Source of the DNA: a virus
Taxonomy: Duplodnaviria > Caudoviricetes
Length of the DNA stretch: 64,000 nt
Virus record (IMG/VR): IMGVR_UViG_3300021090_000017
Location: 2,053 to 66,052 of that record
Reading direction: 5' to 3' (one strand)
Shown here: positions 10,615 to 19,718 of the stretch, one piece after another
Layout: every line of letters begins with the position of its first letter
Position numbering within the stretch: the stretch's first letter is position 1
The notes under the pieces: model-generated
The model's database searches: none
Told to the model about the DNA's origin: nothing
Seen by the model: only the letters and a program-made list of their open reading frames with translations
Program-made: the position numbers and the translations under genes

Positions 10615-11091
10615 CTAGGTCAGTTTTATATTTAATTTAATAGTTTCTAAACTTTTATTTGGTTTTAAATTTATAATTATTTCATTTCCAGTAGGTATAA
10701 CTATTACATCATAATCTAATAATCCCTTTCTATGTTTTAAATTATCTAACATACTAATAACATTATATTCAACAATTTTCATATTCTTATTATCATTAAG
10801 TTCAAACGTTAAATCTTTAACACTATTCTCAATTTCTTTTTGAACATAGTTTACTAAATGTCTTACGTTAACATTATCTAAAGCAGAAGGATTTTTATTT
10901 TCTTTTCCTACTATATTTTCTATCCAATCTAATTTACCAGTTCCTTTACATTTAGGACAAAAATTTGCAGTGGAGTATTCTTTTAAAATACCTACTCCAC
11001 TGCAAATTTCACAATGTTTTTCACCTTCATTTAACTCTGCTTTATCTAACTCTTTATCTACTTTCAAAAAACTTTTGAGTATGCCGCTCAT
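10615..11091 (-). CDS. Zn-finger protein fused to tail-sheath C-terminal domain fragment
   Basis: EGEKHCEICSGVG..CPKCKGTGKLDW then SALDNVNVRHL..FELND..KGLLDYDV..LKPNKSLETIKL (gp18 C-terminal motifs). Confidence 0.78.
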   Translation of the reverse strand: MSGILKSFLKVDKELDKAELNEGEKHCEICSGVGILKEYSTANFCPKCKGTGKLDWIENIVGKENKNPSALDNVNVRHLVNYVQKEIENSVKDLTFELNDNKNMKIVEYNVISMLDNLKHRKGLLDYDVIVIPTGNEIIINLKPNKSLETIKLNIKLT

Positions 11092-11840
11092 AGTACAAGC
11101 ATCTCCGGATTCTTATCTAACAGTTTATTAAACTCTTCCTTATCAAGCATTACACCATTATCAACTGAAATTTTTAGAATGTTTAATGCGTTGGCCAATG
11201 GGAAATATTGCTCATAAATATGAATCCCATCACTATATGCAATAATAGGTCCATCTTCAACATCCATATGATCTTTAATAATTGATAATACATATTCTTT
11301 TAATAGTTGAAGGCCGCCTAGATTCTCTGGCATTCCTGCATACAAATCCCATGATCTAAAGAATACAGTCATATATAATTTTTTTTCAGCTACCTTGAAT
11401 GATACAAGTCTTAAACAAGGAGGATCTTGTAAGAATGTAGTACTTACATCTCCAATAGCAATGGTAGCTTGATTAGTGTTTCCTTTAGCTTTAATTAGAA
11501 GTTCAATTACTCTTTCTAATTGTTTAGTAATAAATTCTCCATATGTATATTGCTCGTTCTCAGTCTTTCTATCAGATAATATATATCTTTCAAAATATTC
11601 AATTATTTTAGTTTCATCAGTAGAACCTGAAACACCAGGAGGAAGAATTGGGGCTAAAGGTCTATGCCAAGGTTCATTTATTTTAATATGAACATCTGTT
11701 AATTGACGTCTAATTTGTCCTTGATATGATCCACCTTTAACAACAAAATCCCATCCATTTTTTATACATAGATTCATAACTTCTCTCCATGCATCGGCAA
11801 TAGTTCTATCTTCTACATAATTACAATTTTCAATTATCAT
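11088..11840 (-). CDS. thyA: Thymidylate synthase (archaeal-type ThyA family)
   Basis: YTYGE, DPPCL catalytic Cys, FRSWD..GMPEN, HIYE. Confidence 0.8.
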   Translation of the reverse strand: MIIENCNYVEDRTIADAWREVMNLCIKNGWDFVVKGGSYQGQIRRQLTDVHIKINEPWHRPLAPILPPGVSGSTDETKIIEYFERYILSDRKTENEQYTYGEFITKQLERVIELLIKAKGNTNQATIAIGDVSTTFLQDPPCLRLVSFKVAEKKLYMTVFFRSWDLYAGMPENLGGLQLLKEYVLSIIKDHMDVEDGPIIAYSDGIHIYEQYFPLANALNILKISVDNGVMLDKEEFNKLLDKNPEMLVL

Positions 11841-11843
11841 TTT

Positions 11844-12383
11844 TTACAACTCCCTCATTATAAATTGTGATTCAAAATGTAATGTAACAATTTTTGCTAT
11901 ATTAGAAATATTTTCTTTTGTTGCATCTTGTTCTATATAAGGTATTTCATTATCATTCAAAAGATTTTTAATATCAATATCTAATTCTCTAGCTTCCATT
12001 TCAGTTTGCAATCTTCCTGTTTTTACATAAGCTTTTTTTCTATTAAGGAAAATATTAATATTATTAAATCTATTAAACTCTTGAAGAACGAGATTTTTAA
12101 AAATCTCGTTCTTCTCTTTATCATATATAATAGAAAATAAAATAGGACTGTCAGTAAGTATAACATCTACTTGATCTTTAAGTCTCCAAATTCTATGTAG
12201 TTGTTTACCAAATACATAAATTTGATTTTCTAATTTTTTATTACTGCCTTCCCATACAACATCTTTAGCATATTCAGTAACAATTTCACAATTGATACCT
12301 TTCCATTTTAATTCAGAAAATACTGCCGCAGATGTTGTAGACTTTCCTGTACCAGGTCCAGCAAAGAAGTTAACTACTATCAT
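11844..12383 (-). CDS. P-loop kinase/ATPase (AAA_28/NadR-like)
   Basis: AGPGTGKST, TEYAKD, TDSP, GRLQTE. Confidence 0.75.
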   Translation of the reverse strand: MIVVNFFAGPGTGKSTTSAAVFSELKWKGINCEIVTEYAKDVVWEGSNKKLENQIYVFGKQLHRIWRLKDQVDVILTDSPILFSIIYDKEKNEIFKNLVLQEFNRFNNINIFLNRKKAYVKTGRLQTEMEARELDIDIKNLLNDNEIPYIEQDATKENISNIAKIVTLHFESQFIMREL

Positions 12384-12607
12384 TTATCATCCTCACTTAT
12401 TTTAAAACCTAAAGTGGAGCTAGATTTAGTATCTAGCTCCACTCTATTTTCTGTAAACCAAACTGTAGGAGTGGGCATCCCATCCTTTAAATGCTCTTGT
12501 TCAACACCAATATCTGTAGCTCCATAAAGATGTTCAGTTTTGGAAATAACTACTCCTGAGAATCCAGTCAATTTACATATAACTTTATCACCTAACTTTA
12601 TAGTCAT
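12380..12607 (-). CDS. Conserved phage hypothetical protein
   Basis: LGDKV..TGFSGVV..TEHLYG..WFTENR pattern recalled from small phage proteins. Confidence 0.6.
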   Translation of the reverse strand: MTIKLGDKVICKLTGFSGVVISKTEHLYGATDIGVEQEHLKDGMPTPTVWFTENRVELDTKSSSTLGFKISEDDK

Positions 12608-12616
12608 TTATGACTC

Positions 12617-12853
12617 CTATACTAAATGAAGTTTTGGTTTTGTTGGTTCATCATCTCTCATTGCTTCTTGTACACTTGACCCACATTTTGAACATATCAT
12701 ATCTGGAATGGGAATAACTCCTTCTTCCCCATTTGGGCTTACTATTTTAGATACCTTCTTTAAAATATTAGCATGTACCCAATATGGGTTTCCACAACTA
12801 CATATAACACTAGGTAGATCTGCAGGATTAATATTAAGTTTAATATTTTCCAT
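12617..12853 (-). CDS. Zinc-ribbon protein
   Basis: CSCG ... CSKCG. Confidence 0.65.
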   Translation of the reverse strand: MENIKLNINPADLPSVICSCGNPYWVHANILKKVSKIVSPNGEEGVIPIPDMICSKCGSSVQEAMRDDEPTKPKLHLV

Positions 12854-13135
12854 TTAATTAACCACCTCGTCTCTAACCACTGCAAAAATTTCAGCAAGCA
12901 TATAACATTTCATAATTTTATCATTTAACATAAATGCTTGCCCGCCATGTTTTGCACAAATAATTGTATCTCCAGGTTTAATAGTTGTAACCTTAGCACC
13001 AACTGAAATTACTAACCCATATGTTTGAGGTTCCTTCTCTGCACCATCTGGAAGAATTATTCCACCTGATGATACCGACTCTTTCTTCATTACTTCTGCA
13101 ACAACCTTATCTTCAATTGCAATAGGTATTCTCAT
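12854..13135 (-). CDS. groES: Co-chaperonin GroES
   Basis: DKVV, SSGGIILPDGAEKEP, GLVISVG, IKPGD; start moved to ATG 13135 behind GGAGGG RBS. Confidence 0.88.
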   Translation of the reverse strand: MRIPIAIEDKVVAEVMKKESVSSGGIILPDGAEKEPQTYGLVISVGAKVTTIKPGDTIICAKHGGQAFMLNDKIMKCYMLAEIFAVVRDEVVN

Positions 13136-13136
13136 T

Positions 13137-13418
13137 TTAACGATCCCTCCTGGTATCAAACTTTTTAGATTCTTCTAGCTTTAATCTCTGAATATTCTCT
13201 CTTCGTTTCCTTGCTTTCTTTATACTAGGTTTCTCATAAAATACTCTATTTCTTACTTCTTGAATGATACCATCTTTTGAAACTTTTCTTTTGAACCTCT
13301 TCATAAGAGTTTCAAAATTTTCTCCTTCTCTTGCTCTGACAATCAAACCATATTCTCCTGCTTCATTGTCTCTTGTGCTATACCTCTGTTTTCTATTGTA
13401 CACTTGAATCATCACCAC
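13137..13418 (-). CDS. rpsU: Ribosomal protein S21 (phage-encoded)
   Basis: VRAREGENFETLMKRFKRKVSKDGIIQEVRNRVFYEKPS..RKRR. Confidence 0.88.
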   Translation of the reverse strand: MVMIQVYNRKQRYSTRDNEAGEYGLIVRAREGENFETLMKRFKRKVSKDGIIQEVRNRVFYEKPSIKKARKRRENIQRLKLEESKKFDTRRDR

Positions 13419-13429
13419 CCTCTCGATTT

Positions 13430-13927
13430 TTAAATTGTATTTTTTACTACTATTCCATCTTCATCTATTACCATAGTTCTAATTCCTAAATCAGTACTTA
13501 TCCTTACTCCTTGCATAGTTCCACCAGACATATTTTTTGGTAAAGCAACTACTAAATCTGCTTTATATACTATAATATAATTTCTCGAATGTAATAATAT
13601 AGCTCCTGGGCTACAAGCTTTTGGTGCTGGATGATATTTATAAACAGATTCCGTTGCTTCTTGTTTAGTTTTTTCATCTAAAACCTTATCTGAAATTATC
13701 TCAGTGCAATAAGTTTGGGTTTGAAGATTATATTTTCTCCAAGGAACTACTCCAATAGTTTTAAATCCTAAATCTTTTGCCTTCTTAATTGCTATCTCAT
13801 CTACTCCATCACAACACCCAGAAATAATTTCTGCAGATGTAGAATCAATAGAAATTAAAAAATTTTCTATAAATTTAATTTGCTCTAATGTCGGATTTCT
13901 AGTTCCTATAATAGCTATTCTTTTCAT
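13430..13927 (-). CDS. SLOG-family protein (DprA/Smf-like)
   Basis: IAIIGTR, ISGCCDGVD, HSRN, GGTMQG; probable start ATG 13927 just after QueE stop. Confidence 0.7.
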   Translation of the reverse strand: MKRIAIIGTRNPTLEQIKFIENFLISIDSTSAEIISGCCDGVDEIAIKKAKDLGFKTIGVVPWRKYNLQTQTYCTEIISDKVLDEKTKQEATESVYKYHPAPKACSPGAILLHSRNYIIVYKADLVVALPKNMSGGTMQGVRISTDLGIRTMVIDEDGIVVKNTI

Positions 13928-13928
13928 A

Positions 13929-14627
13929 TTATATAAATGAATATATGATGTGTTCTCTACTAGTAAATCCAAATTTATATTCTTCACACTTATCAAATAC
14001 ATAACTTGAATTTTTAATTAGTTCATCATGTGTTCTTCCTTCTGGCATTAAGAAAACTCTTTGATGAGGATACTGACCTAGATTTGAACTGAATGAAAGA
14101 TATGAATCTAACCAGTGTAAATAATCATTTACTAATGCATTATCTTCACATACTAATTTAATAAATACATTATCATGGGTTGACATTAAATCAGTAGTCA
14201 TTTTTTTAACTTCATTTAATTCTTCTTGAGAGAAAAATTTAGGAGAGAATAAAAATGTTATTTTATTTATATTAGATATTTTTTTACACTCTTCAATTAA
14301 ATTAAGAAGAGCATATCCATTAGATTCAACATTAGCAATAGGATATCTTAGTTTAGTTAGTAAGTCTAAAGTTGAATTAAAGTTATCTCCAAATGTAGGT
14401 TCCCCACCTGTAATCATTAAACCAGCTGACTCTTCATCAATAGTTTTTTGAAGGTCAATTAAATTATAATCAGACTCTAAAGAGATTCTCATCTTAACCA
14501 TAGTATCACAATATCTACAAACTCTGTTACAGGTTTTAAATCTTGTGATTAACATTCTTCGACCAGTGTCAGGACCTTCTCCTTGCCAACTAGTCATACA
14601 TTCAATTAGCTTAATAGTATCACTCAT
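13929..14627 (-). CDS. queE: 7-carboxy-7-deazaguanine synthase (radical SAM)
   Basis: SWQGEG, RFKTCNRVCRYCDT, ITGGEP, VESNG, SPK, LMPEG. Confidence 0.85.
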   Translation of the reverse strand: MSDTIKLIECMTSWQGEGPDTGRRMLITRFKTCNRVCRYCDTMVKMRISLESDYNLIDLQKTIDEESAGLMITGGEPTFGDNFNSTLDLLTKLRYPIANVESNGYALLNLIEECKKISNINKITFLFSPKFFSQEELNEVKKMTTDLMSTHDNVFIKLVCEDNALVNDYLHWLDSYLSFSSNLGQYPHQRVFLMPEGRTHDELIKNSSYVFDKCEEYKFGFTSREHIIYSFI

Positions 14628-14845
14628 TTTTCCCTCCGAATTTCAAAGCTTTCAATTTTAGAAATATCTGGAATTAAATTAGAAGAATAATTTAATCTCC
14701 ATGTACCATCTAACATCTCTTCTATATGAATAAATTTTTTATCTACATCTATACTTGCTACTTTTGATAATACTAATTCTTTATCAATTCCTTTCAAATA
14801 TATTGACTTCTTCATCAATCCTCCAATATTTTTAATATGTTCCAA
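14624..14845 (-). CDS. Hypothetical protein
   Basis: ORF; true start probably MKKSIY behind GGAG. Confidence 0.5.
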   Translation of the reverse strand: MEHIKNIGGLMKKSIYLKGIDKELVLSKVASIDVDKKFIHIEEMLDGTWRLNYSSNLIPDISKIESFEIRREK

Positions 14846-14865
14846 TTCTAAATTTTAATATCTAA

Positions 14866-15198
14866 TTAATATTTTACTTTTATCTTTTCAATCCATGTAT
14901 TAGTTTTTGTAAAATCCTCTCCAAATTTAGAATCTTGTTTCATATATTTATTATACTCACCAACTCTTTCTTCCATTGAAGGTTCATACATCCATACACC
15001 ACAGATACTTCTACTATTAGACATTTGTATATAAACATCTGGGTGTTTCCACATATGATTATCATAACCTGCCATAATAGCATTAGCAAACCAGGCAATC
15101 ATAGCTCCTTCATCTTTAGGAATATCAGGATTTTTATTTATTGTTTCCATCCATTCCTTAACCCAAACTTTAACATCAAATTCTTGACTCAGATTCAT
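14866..15198 (-). CDS. Hypothetical protein
   Basis: DEGAMIAWFANAIMAGYD motif; start probably ATG 15198 coupled to upstream stop. Confidence 0.55.
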   Translation of the reverse strand: MNLSQEFDVKVWVKEWMETINKNPDIPKDEGAMIAWFANAIMAGYDNHMWKHPDVYIQMSNSRSICGVWMYEPSMEERVGEYNKYMKQDSKFGEDFTKTNTWIEKIKVKY

Positions 15199-15359
15199 TT
15201 TTGAATTCCATACCTTTCTTTTTCTATTTGAATGAATCCTAAATACAATATCCAACCAGTAACTTTTCTTCCGTCATTCCCACTATATTCATATGGTACA
15301 AACCTAAAACCTACCCACATTTTCCAAAATCTTATATTCCACATTTTTGAAATTCTCAT
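15195..15359 (-). CDS. Small Trp-rich hypothetical protein (54 aa)
   Basis: Below track threshold; GGAG RBS, MRISKMWNIRFWKMWVGFRF..; ATGA overlap with next gene. Confidence 0.5.
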   Translation of the reverse strand: MRISKMWNIRFWKMWVGFRFVPYEYSGNDGRKVTGWILYLGFIQIEKERYGIQK

Positions 15360-15367
15360 ATAATCTC

Positions 15368-18300
15368 CTAAAAAGTAAGTACTTCATTTTTCTTTTTAAC
15401 TTCCATAATAGGTTCTAATAATAAATTATATCTATCTGTCCATGAAAATGTTAACATTGCTTTTCTATCAGGAATAAAATAATCAGGTAATTTACTTTCT
15501 TCATCAGGAACAGCAATAATTTCTAACTTCTTTCCTTTTGCAATAAACTCTTTATTATATCTTTCTACTACATCTTTTGGAGCCTTATCTAAATCTATTG
15601 CAGCAATCTTATAAAGATATCCTCTTGATCCCTGTCTGAATATATCATATACTAGATTGTTCCAATTTTGCATTGCTATTACACCTGGAGGAATTCTCTT
15701 ATAATCTTCTTCATCCTTAGTAAATGAAACTGGTCTTGATATAGTTTTATTTCCAGACATAATTCTAGTTACAAATTCTTTCTCTTTTCCATTTACATAT
15801 TCATTAATTCTTGATATAGATATCTTTTCAGTCTTTAAAATAATATCTAATAGTTCTCTCAAACATTCCTTAGTATATGATGGGAAGTCTGATCTCTTAA
15901 TCTCAACACCCATAGCTGTCATTTCATCAGTAGGTTTCTTTTCCTGTTCTATAACATGTAATGCATATCTCTTTTTAGCTAAGAATAATCCACGTCTAAT
16001 AACTAACTCATTTTTTAATGCTAATCTATTTCTTTTAATATCAACATTTTTCATAGTTACAATTGGAGGAATAATTATCTTATTTAAAAAGGTTTCAATT
16101 TCCTCATTCCATTTAGTAACATCTTTTAATATATCTTCTTTAGATTTATTTCTATCAACAACATTATTATAAGTAGCAAATAGTGAATCAGTATCACCAG
16201 TAATAATATAAGGAGTCTTTCTTACAACATCACCATACATTTCTTGAACCGTTAATTTTTCAACTGTTTCTTTTATTCCAGTCTTAATTTTTCCTACATA
16301 ACTATTGCCTTCAAGTATAGCTGCCTTGATTGCTTCTTGACCACTTAATGTAACCGACCTACCACAATCTCTATCGAAGAACCGGAAGGAAGCATTACCT
16401 AGGACTCCGTACATCGCGTTTGCGAGGATCTTATATACTTGTTGACGTGTGTTATACAGAAGCCTAGCTGACTCGTCCTTTGCCTGTTTTGCTTCAAACA
16501 TCTTATTTTTATAAACTTTTCTTGATGATAAAAGTAGGTCAAGAATCTCAGAATAGAATGATAACTCAGAGTCATGATTTTTAAATAAACACCCACTTAT
16601 AGTTAAAATAGATTTTTCATCTTCTATTCTTTTTATTAAATCTTCTTTTCTTACAACAACTTCTGTCTTAGCGAAAGTAGGATCTAAAATTAAAGGAATT
16701 ACATCAGGAAGTTTATCTCTATCATAATGGAAATAATATGCATGATCTGTAATTTTCATCTTTGCTAATAATGTATTAATCCCTATATTATAAGTTAGAA
16801 TTAAACTTGGATATAGAGATGCAAAGTCAAAGTCTACTATCCAATCATTAATACCAACAATAGGAGCTTTAACAAATGCACCCTCAAATTTAGTACTAGA
16901 ACCATGTTCAGAATTCTTAGCTGCAAATCCTTTTTCTTTTAAATATGAAATTGATAATGAGTCAATTCTTCCAAACGGAGATGCTGATCCTCTGAATGTA
17001 GTTTTGCAAATATTCTTCAATTCATTTTGAAGTGCTATATGTTTCTTTCCTTTTAATTCTTTCCCATTACCTTCTTCTAATTCCACACAAATATTAACGT
17101 CTCTAATGTTATATTCAATTGCTTCATTAATATCTCTTACATATTTCTTTGCAAATGGTTCTCCAGAGTCTAACTTTTCTTTATTCAACTCTATCTTTGC
17201 AATAGTTCCTAATCTATAATTTTCTCTCTTAGTCATTTCAAATTCTTTATATAACATAAGTTGGTCAAGAATTGTTAATCCGCTAACACTTGCATAACCT
17301 GACTCACTCTCAATATATGCATCATTTAATGGAGATAAGGTCTGCTGTTGAATTCCTAATTTTTTCATTCTATTGAATAGATATGCTAAATCGAAATTTA
17401 TTACATTCCATCCAGTTAAAATATCAGGTTGTAAACTTCTCATATCTCTTATAAAGTTATTAACTAATTCATTCTCATTTTTACATACTATAATTTTAGC
17501 GTTTTGGCTTTGTTTAATAACTTGAGTTGAATTTTTTATAATCTCTTTATGATCGATTACATAAACTATATATTCTCCATGATAATAATATGATAAAATT
17601 ACTATTGGATAATTTGCTTCCTCTGCTTCCGGGAACTTATCATCATGAGTATAAACCTCAATATCAAGAAACATTACATTGAAATCTATTACCTTAGCTT
17701 CTTCTTTATTTAAAATGAAATAATCCATTGCTCTCTTAACACTTAACTTAATATCACCTTCATATGTTATGGTTGGGTCTAACATTTTCTTTTGACGATA
17801 TGGAAGTTTAATTCTATTTAGATCATCAAACTTAACAATCTTTCTAGCCTCAATTTCCTTTGGCGCTTGATAACAATAGTAATCATCATTTGTTTTATGA
17901 TAAACTTTATTATTCTTTTCATCTCTAAACATATACACACATTCATTAGTCTTGCTAATAAAATGAACATCTACCAATCTGAATTTATCTGTATAATATT
18001 GCTCAGGTATTTTATAATGCCAAACTCCCTTTTCTTTACTATCAGTATTAGTATTTAATAATACTTCCTTGGCTCCAAAGAACTCAGATACTTTTCTAAT
18101 ATCTTCATCAAACTTCTCTTCAAAAGTTCTATTCCTATTTACAAAAGATGGATGTACTGTAAGCAACACATCAAACTCTTTCCATTTAAAAAACTGCCCA
18201 CGAATATTAGTTATACCTGCTTTTCCAATTCCAAATGCTGACATCGGACTTGTACCTAATAGAACTACTAATTTAGGCTTACAAGTTTCAATAATATTGA

Positions 18301-18628
18301 AACAATTAACTTTACATAATTCAATAGTATCTTCATCTGGGTTTCCTGTTGTCCCATCATCTAAAATAGTTTGACATAGAACCGTATTTGTAAGTAGATA
18401 GTTTAATTTATCTATTCCATGTTTTTTGAAGTACTTCCTGAAGGTTTGTCCTGCTTTGCCTATTAGAGGGGTTCCTGTTTTTACTTCTTCTTTTCCAGGA
18501 TTTTCTGCTATGAAAATCACATCTACTTTAGTCAAATCATTTTCACAATTTGTTTCTAGTATACAACTTGGTTGGTCTAATAACTTACATTTTGAACAGT
18601 CTGCAATAGAAGATTTTATACTGAACAT
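15368..18628 (-). CDS. Family B DNA polymerase with N-terminal family-4 uracil-DNA glycosylase domain
   Basis: UDG: CSKC, FIAENPG, TNTVLC, TVHPS; Exo: FLDIE, GWNVINFD, YNIRD; Pol: DFASLYPS, KILANAMYG, GDTDS, KKRY. Confidence 0.92.
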   Translation of the reverse strand: MFSIKSSIADCSKCKLLDQPSCILETNCENDLTKVDVIFIAENPGKEEVKTGTPLIGKAGQTFRKYFKKHGIDKLNYLLTNTVLCQTILDDGTTGNPDEDTIELCKVNCFNIIETCKPKLVVLLGTSPMSAFGIGKAGITNIRGQFFKWKEFDVLLTVHPSFVNRNRTFEEKFDEDIRKVSEFFGAKEVLLNTNTDSKEKGVWHYKIPEQYYTDKFRLVDVHFISKTNECVYMFRDEKNNKVYHKTNDDYYCYQAPKEIEARKIVKFDDLNRIKLPYRQKKMLDPTITYEGDIKLSVKRAMDYFILNKEEAKVIDFNVMFLDIEVYTHDDKFPEAEEANYPIVILSYYYHGEYIVYVIDHKEIIKNSTQVIKQSQNAKIIVCKNENELVNNFIRDMRSLQPDILTGWNVINFDLAYLFNRMKKLGIQQQTLSPLNDAYIESESGYASVSGLTILDQLMLYKEFEMTKRENYRLGTIAKIELNKEKLDSGEPFAKKYVRDINEAIEYNIRDVNICVELEEGNGKELKGKKHIALQNELKNICKTTFRGSASPFGRIDSLSISYLKEKGFAAKNSEHGSSTKFEGAFVKAPIVGINDWIVDFDFASLYPSLILTYNIGINTLLAKMKITDHAYYFHYDRDKLPDVIPLILDPTFAKTEVVVRKEDLIKRIEDEKSILTISGCLFKNHDSELSFYSEILDLLLSSRKVYKNKMFEAKQAKDESARLLYNTRQQVYKILANAMYGVLGNASFRFFDRDCGRSVTLSGQEAIKAAILEGNSYVGKIKTGIKETVEKLTVQEMYGDVVRKTPYIITGDTDSLFATYNNVVDRNKSKEDILKDVTKWNEEIETFLNKIIIPPIVTMKNVDIKRNRLALKNELVIRRGLFLAKKRYALHVIEQEKKPTDEMTAMGVEIKRSDFPSYTKECLRELLDIILKTEKISISRINEYVNGKEKEFVTRIMSGNKTISRPVSFTKDEEDYKRIPPGVIAMQNWNNLVYDIFRQGSRGYLYKIAAIDLDKAPKDVVERYNKEFIAKGKKLEIIAVPDEESKLPDYFIPDRKAMLTFSWTDRYNLLLEPIMEVKKKNEVLTF

Positions 18629-18814
18629 TGTACCTCCTTACTTATAAGATTTATAATATGTTCTTATAAAAAATATGAGAATCTATAAATTATTAAGGAA
18701 TTCAAAAGTCTATATATATTTATTACTAAGGGAATAAATTATTTTTATATTCCGGAAATTAATATTGCCCAATACGAGGGTATAAAATATCGTAGATAAT
18801 TAAAAGGGGGAATT

Positions 18815-19555
18815 ATGGAGCAGATGATTCGTGCAGCATCTAAGCAGTTGGGCGTGGAAGATGTTAATAACTCAGTCCAGATCCAGGAATTCTTCGAACG
18901 ATCCAAAAAAACAGAAGACGATAAACGTGCAAGAAACTTTCTTTTGACAAGTATCGTCGAATCACAGCTTCAGCAGGGAGACGGACAGTTTTACTCGCTT
19001 CTGATGCCGTGGAGTACTTGCACCACCTGCCATGGTCTCGGGCAGAAAGTCGAAATCAAGATGGAGAAGGTTCCTGTTCGTTGTCACTTTTGTGAAGGAA
19101 CCGGTATCAAAACTGTCATATGCAAATCGTGTCATGGTGATGGCACCAACCCCGACGGAACCAAATGCAAGACGTGCAAAGGAACCGGCAAGTATCGATA
19201 CTATGGGATCGAAGGACGTGATCAGAAACCCTGCCCCAACTGCACGCCTCGGAAACCTTGCCCTTCATGTAATGGCGAGAAGGGCAAAAAGGACTGCGAC
19301 CAATGTCATGGTTCGGGCCGGATATATCTTGAAACGAAAGGATCCGGACAAGTCATGGCCATGACTTCGGCGAGAAAGATCAACAAAACATTCTTCTGCG
19401 GTCACTGCCACGGTACCGGAAAAGCGAAGGAGCCTACCAATCCTGTGATGTCGGCGGAAAGGGCTAAGGTTATTTCCGATGCAGTCGCTGATTCAACTGC
19501 TGTAGCAAAACTCAAGAAGTCAGCGAAGAAGGCTCTTTCACATCAGGAGAAATAA
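18815..19555 (+). CDS. Multi-CxxCxGxG zinc-finger protein (DnaJ-type Cys repeats, no J domain)
   Basis: About eight CxxC repeats, most as CxxCxG; GC-richer codons than flanks; class I promoter motif upstream. Confidence 0.75.
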   Translation: MEQMIRAASKQLGVEDVNNSVQIQEFFERSKKTEDDKRARNFLLTSIVESQLQQGDGQFYSLLMPWSTCTTCHGLGQKVEIKMEKVPVRCHFCEGTGIKTVICKSCHGDGTNPDGTKCKTCKGTGKYRYYGIEGRDQKPCPNCTPRKPCPSCNGEKGKKDCDQCHGSGRIYLETKGSGQVMAMTSARKINKTFFCGHCHGTGKAKEPTNPVMSAERAKVISDAVADSTAVAKLKKSAKKALSHQEK

Positions 19556-19557
19556 GG

Positions 19558-19678
19558 ATTCCGGCAAGCGAAAGCTTGGGGAGTCCCAGACCACATCGAA
19601 AGGTGCTTTAGGGCACGCCTGATGTGATCCTCCTTTTCCCATCCCATGTACTAAGGGGCTCAGCATGGGGGCCGGAAT
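19558..19678 (+). ncRNA. Candidate structured RNA / 3' UTR element
   Basis: attccggc/gccggaat closing stem enclosing aagc-gaaa-gctt, cacatc/gatgtg, gtgc/gcac and cccatg/catggg helices. Confidence 0.45.
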
Positions 19679-19692
19679 GCAGTTTATAAAGT

Positions 19693-19718
19693 AACCGGGT
19701 CTTTAAGACCGGTTTTTT
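19693..19718 (+). terminator. Intrinsic terminator
   Basis: aaccgggtc-tttaa-gaccggtt followed by T tract. Confidence 0.7.

Noticed and set aside
8747-11091. Reading the fragments as the real capsid or sheath genes, or as decayed pseudogenes
   Set aside because: Far too short, fused to an intact Zn finger, no frameshifted remainder in flanking DNA
11088-11840. dCMP hydroxymethylase
   Set aside because: Has Asn at the specificity position (GMPEN), consistent with a dUMP substrate; dUMP hydroxymethylase cannot be excluded
15368-18628. Intein or intron in polymerase (also checked helicase)
   Set aside because: Motifs are contiguous; no intein termini or LAGLIDADG blocks; extra length explained by UDG domain
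18815-19555. dnaJ
   Set aside because: No J domain/HPD motif or C-terminal substrate-binding domain
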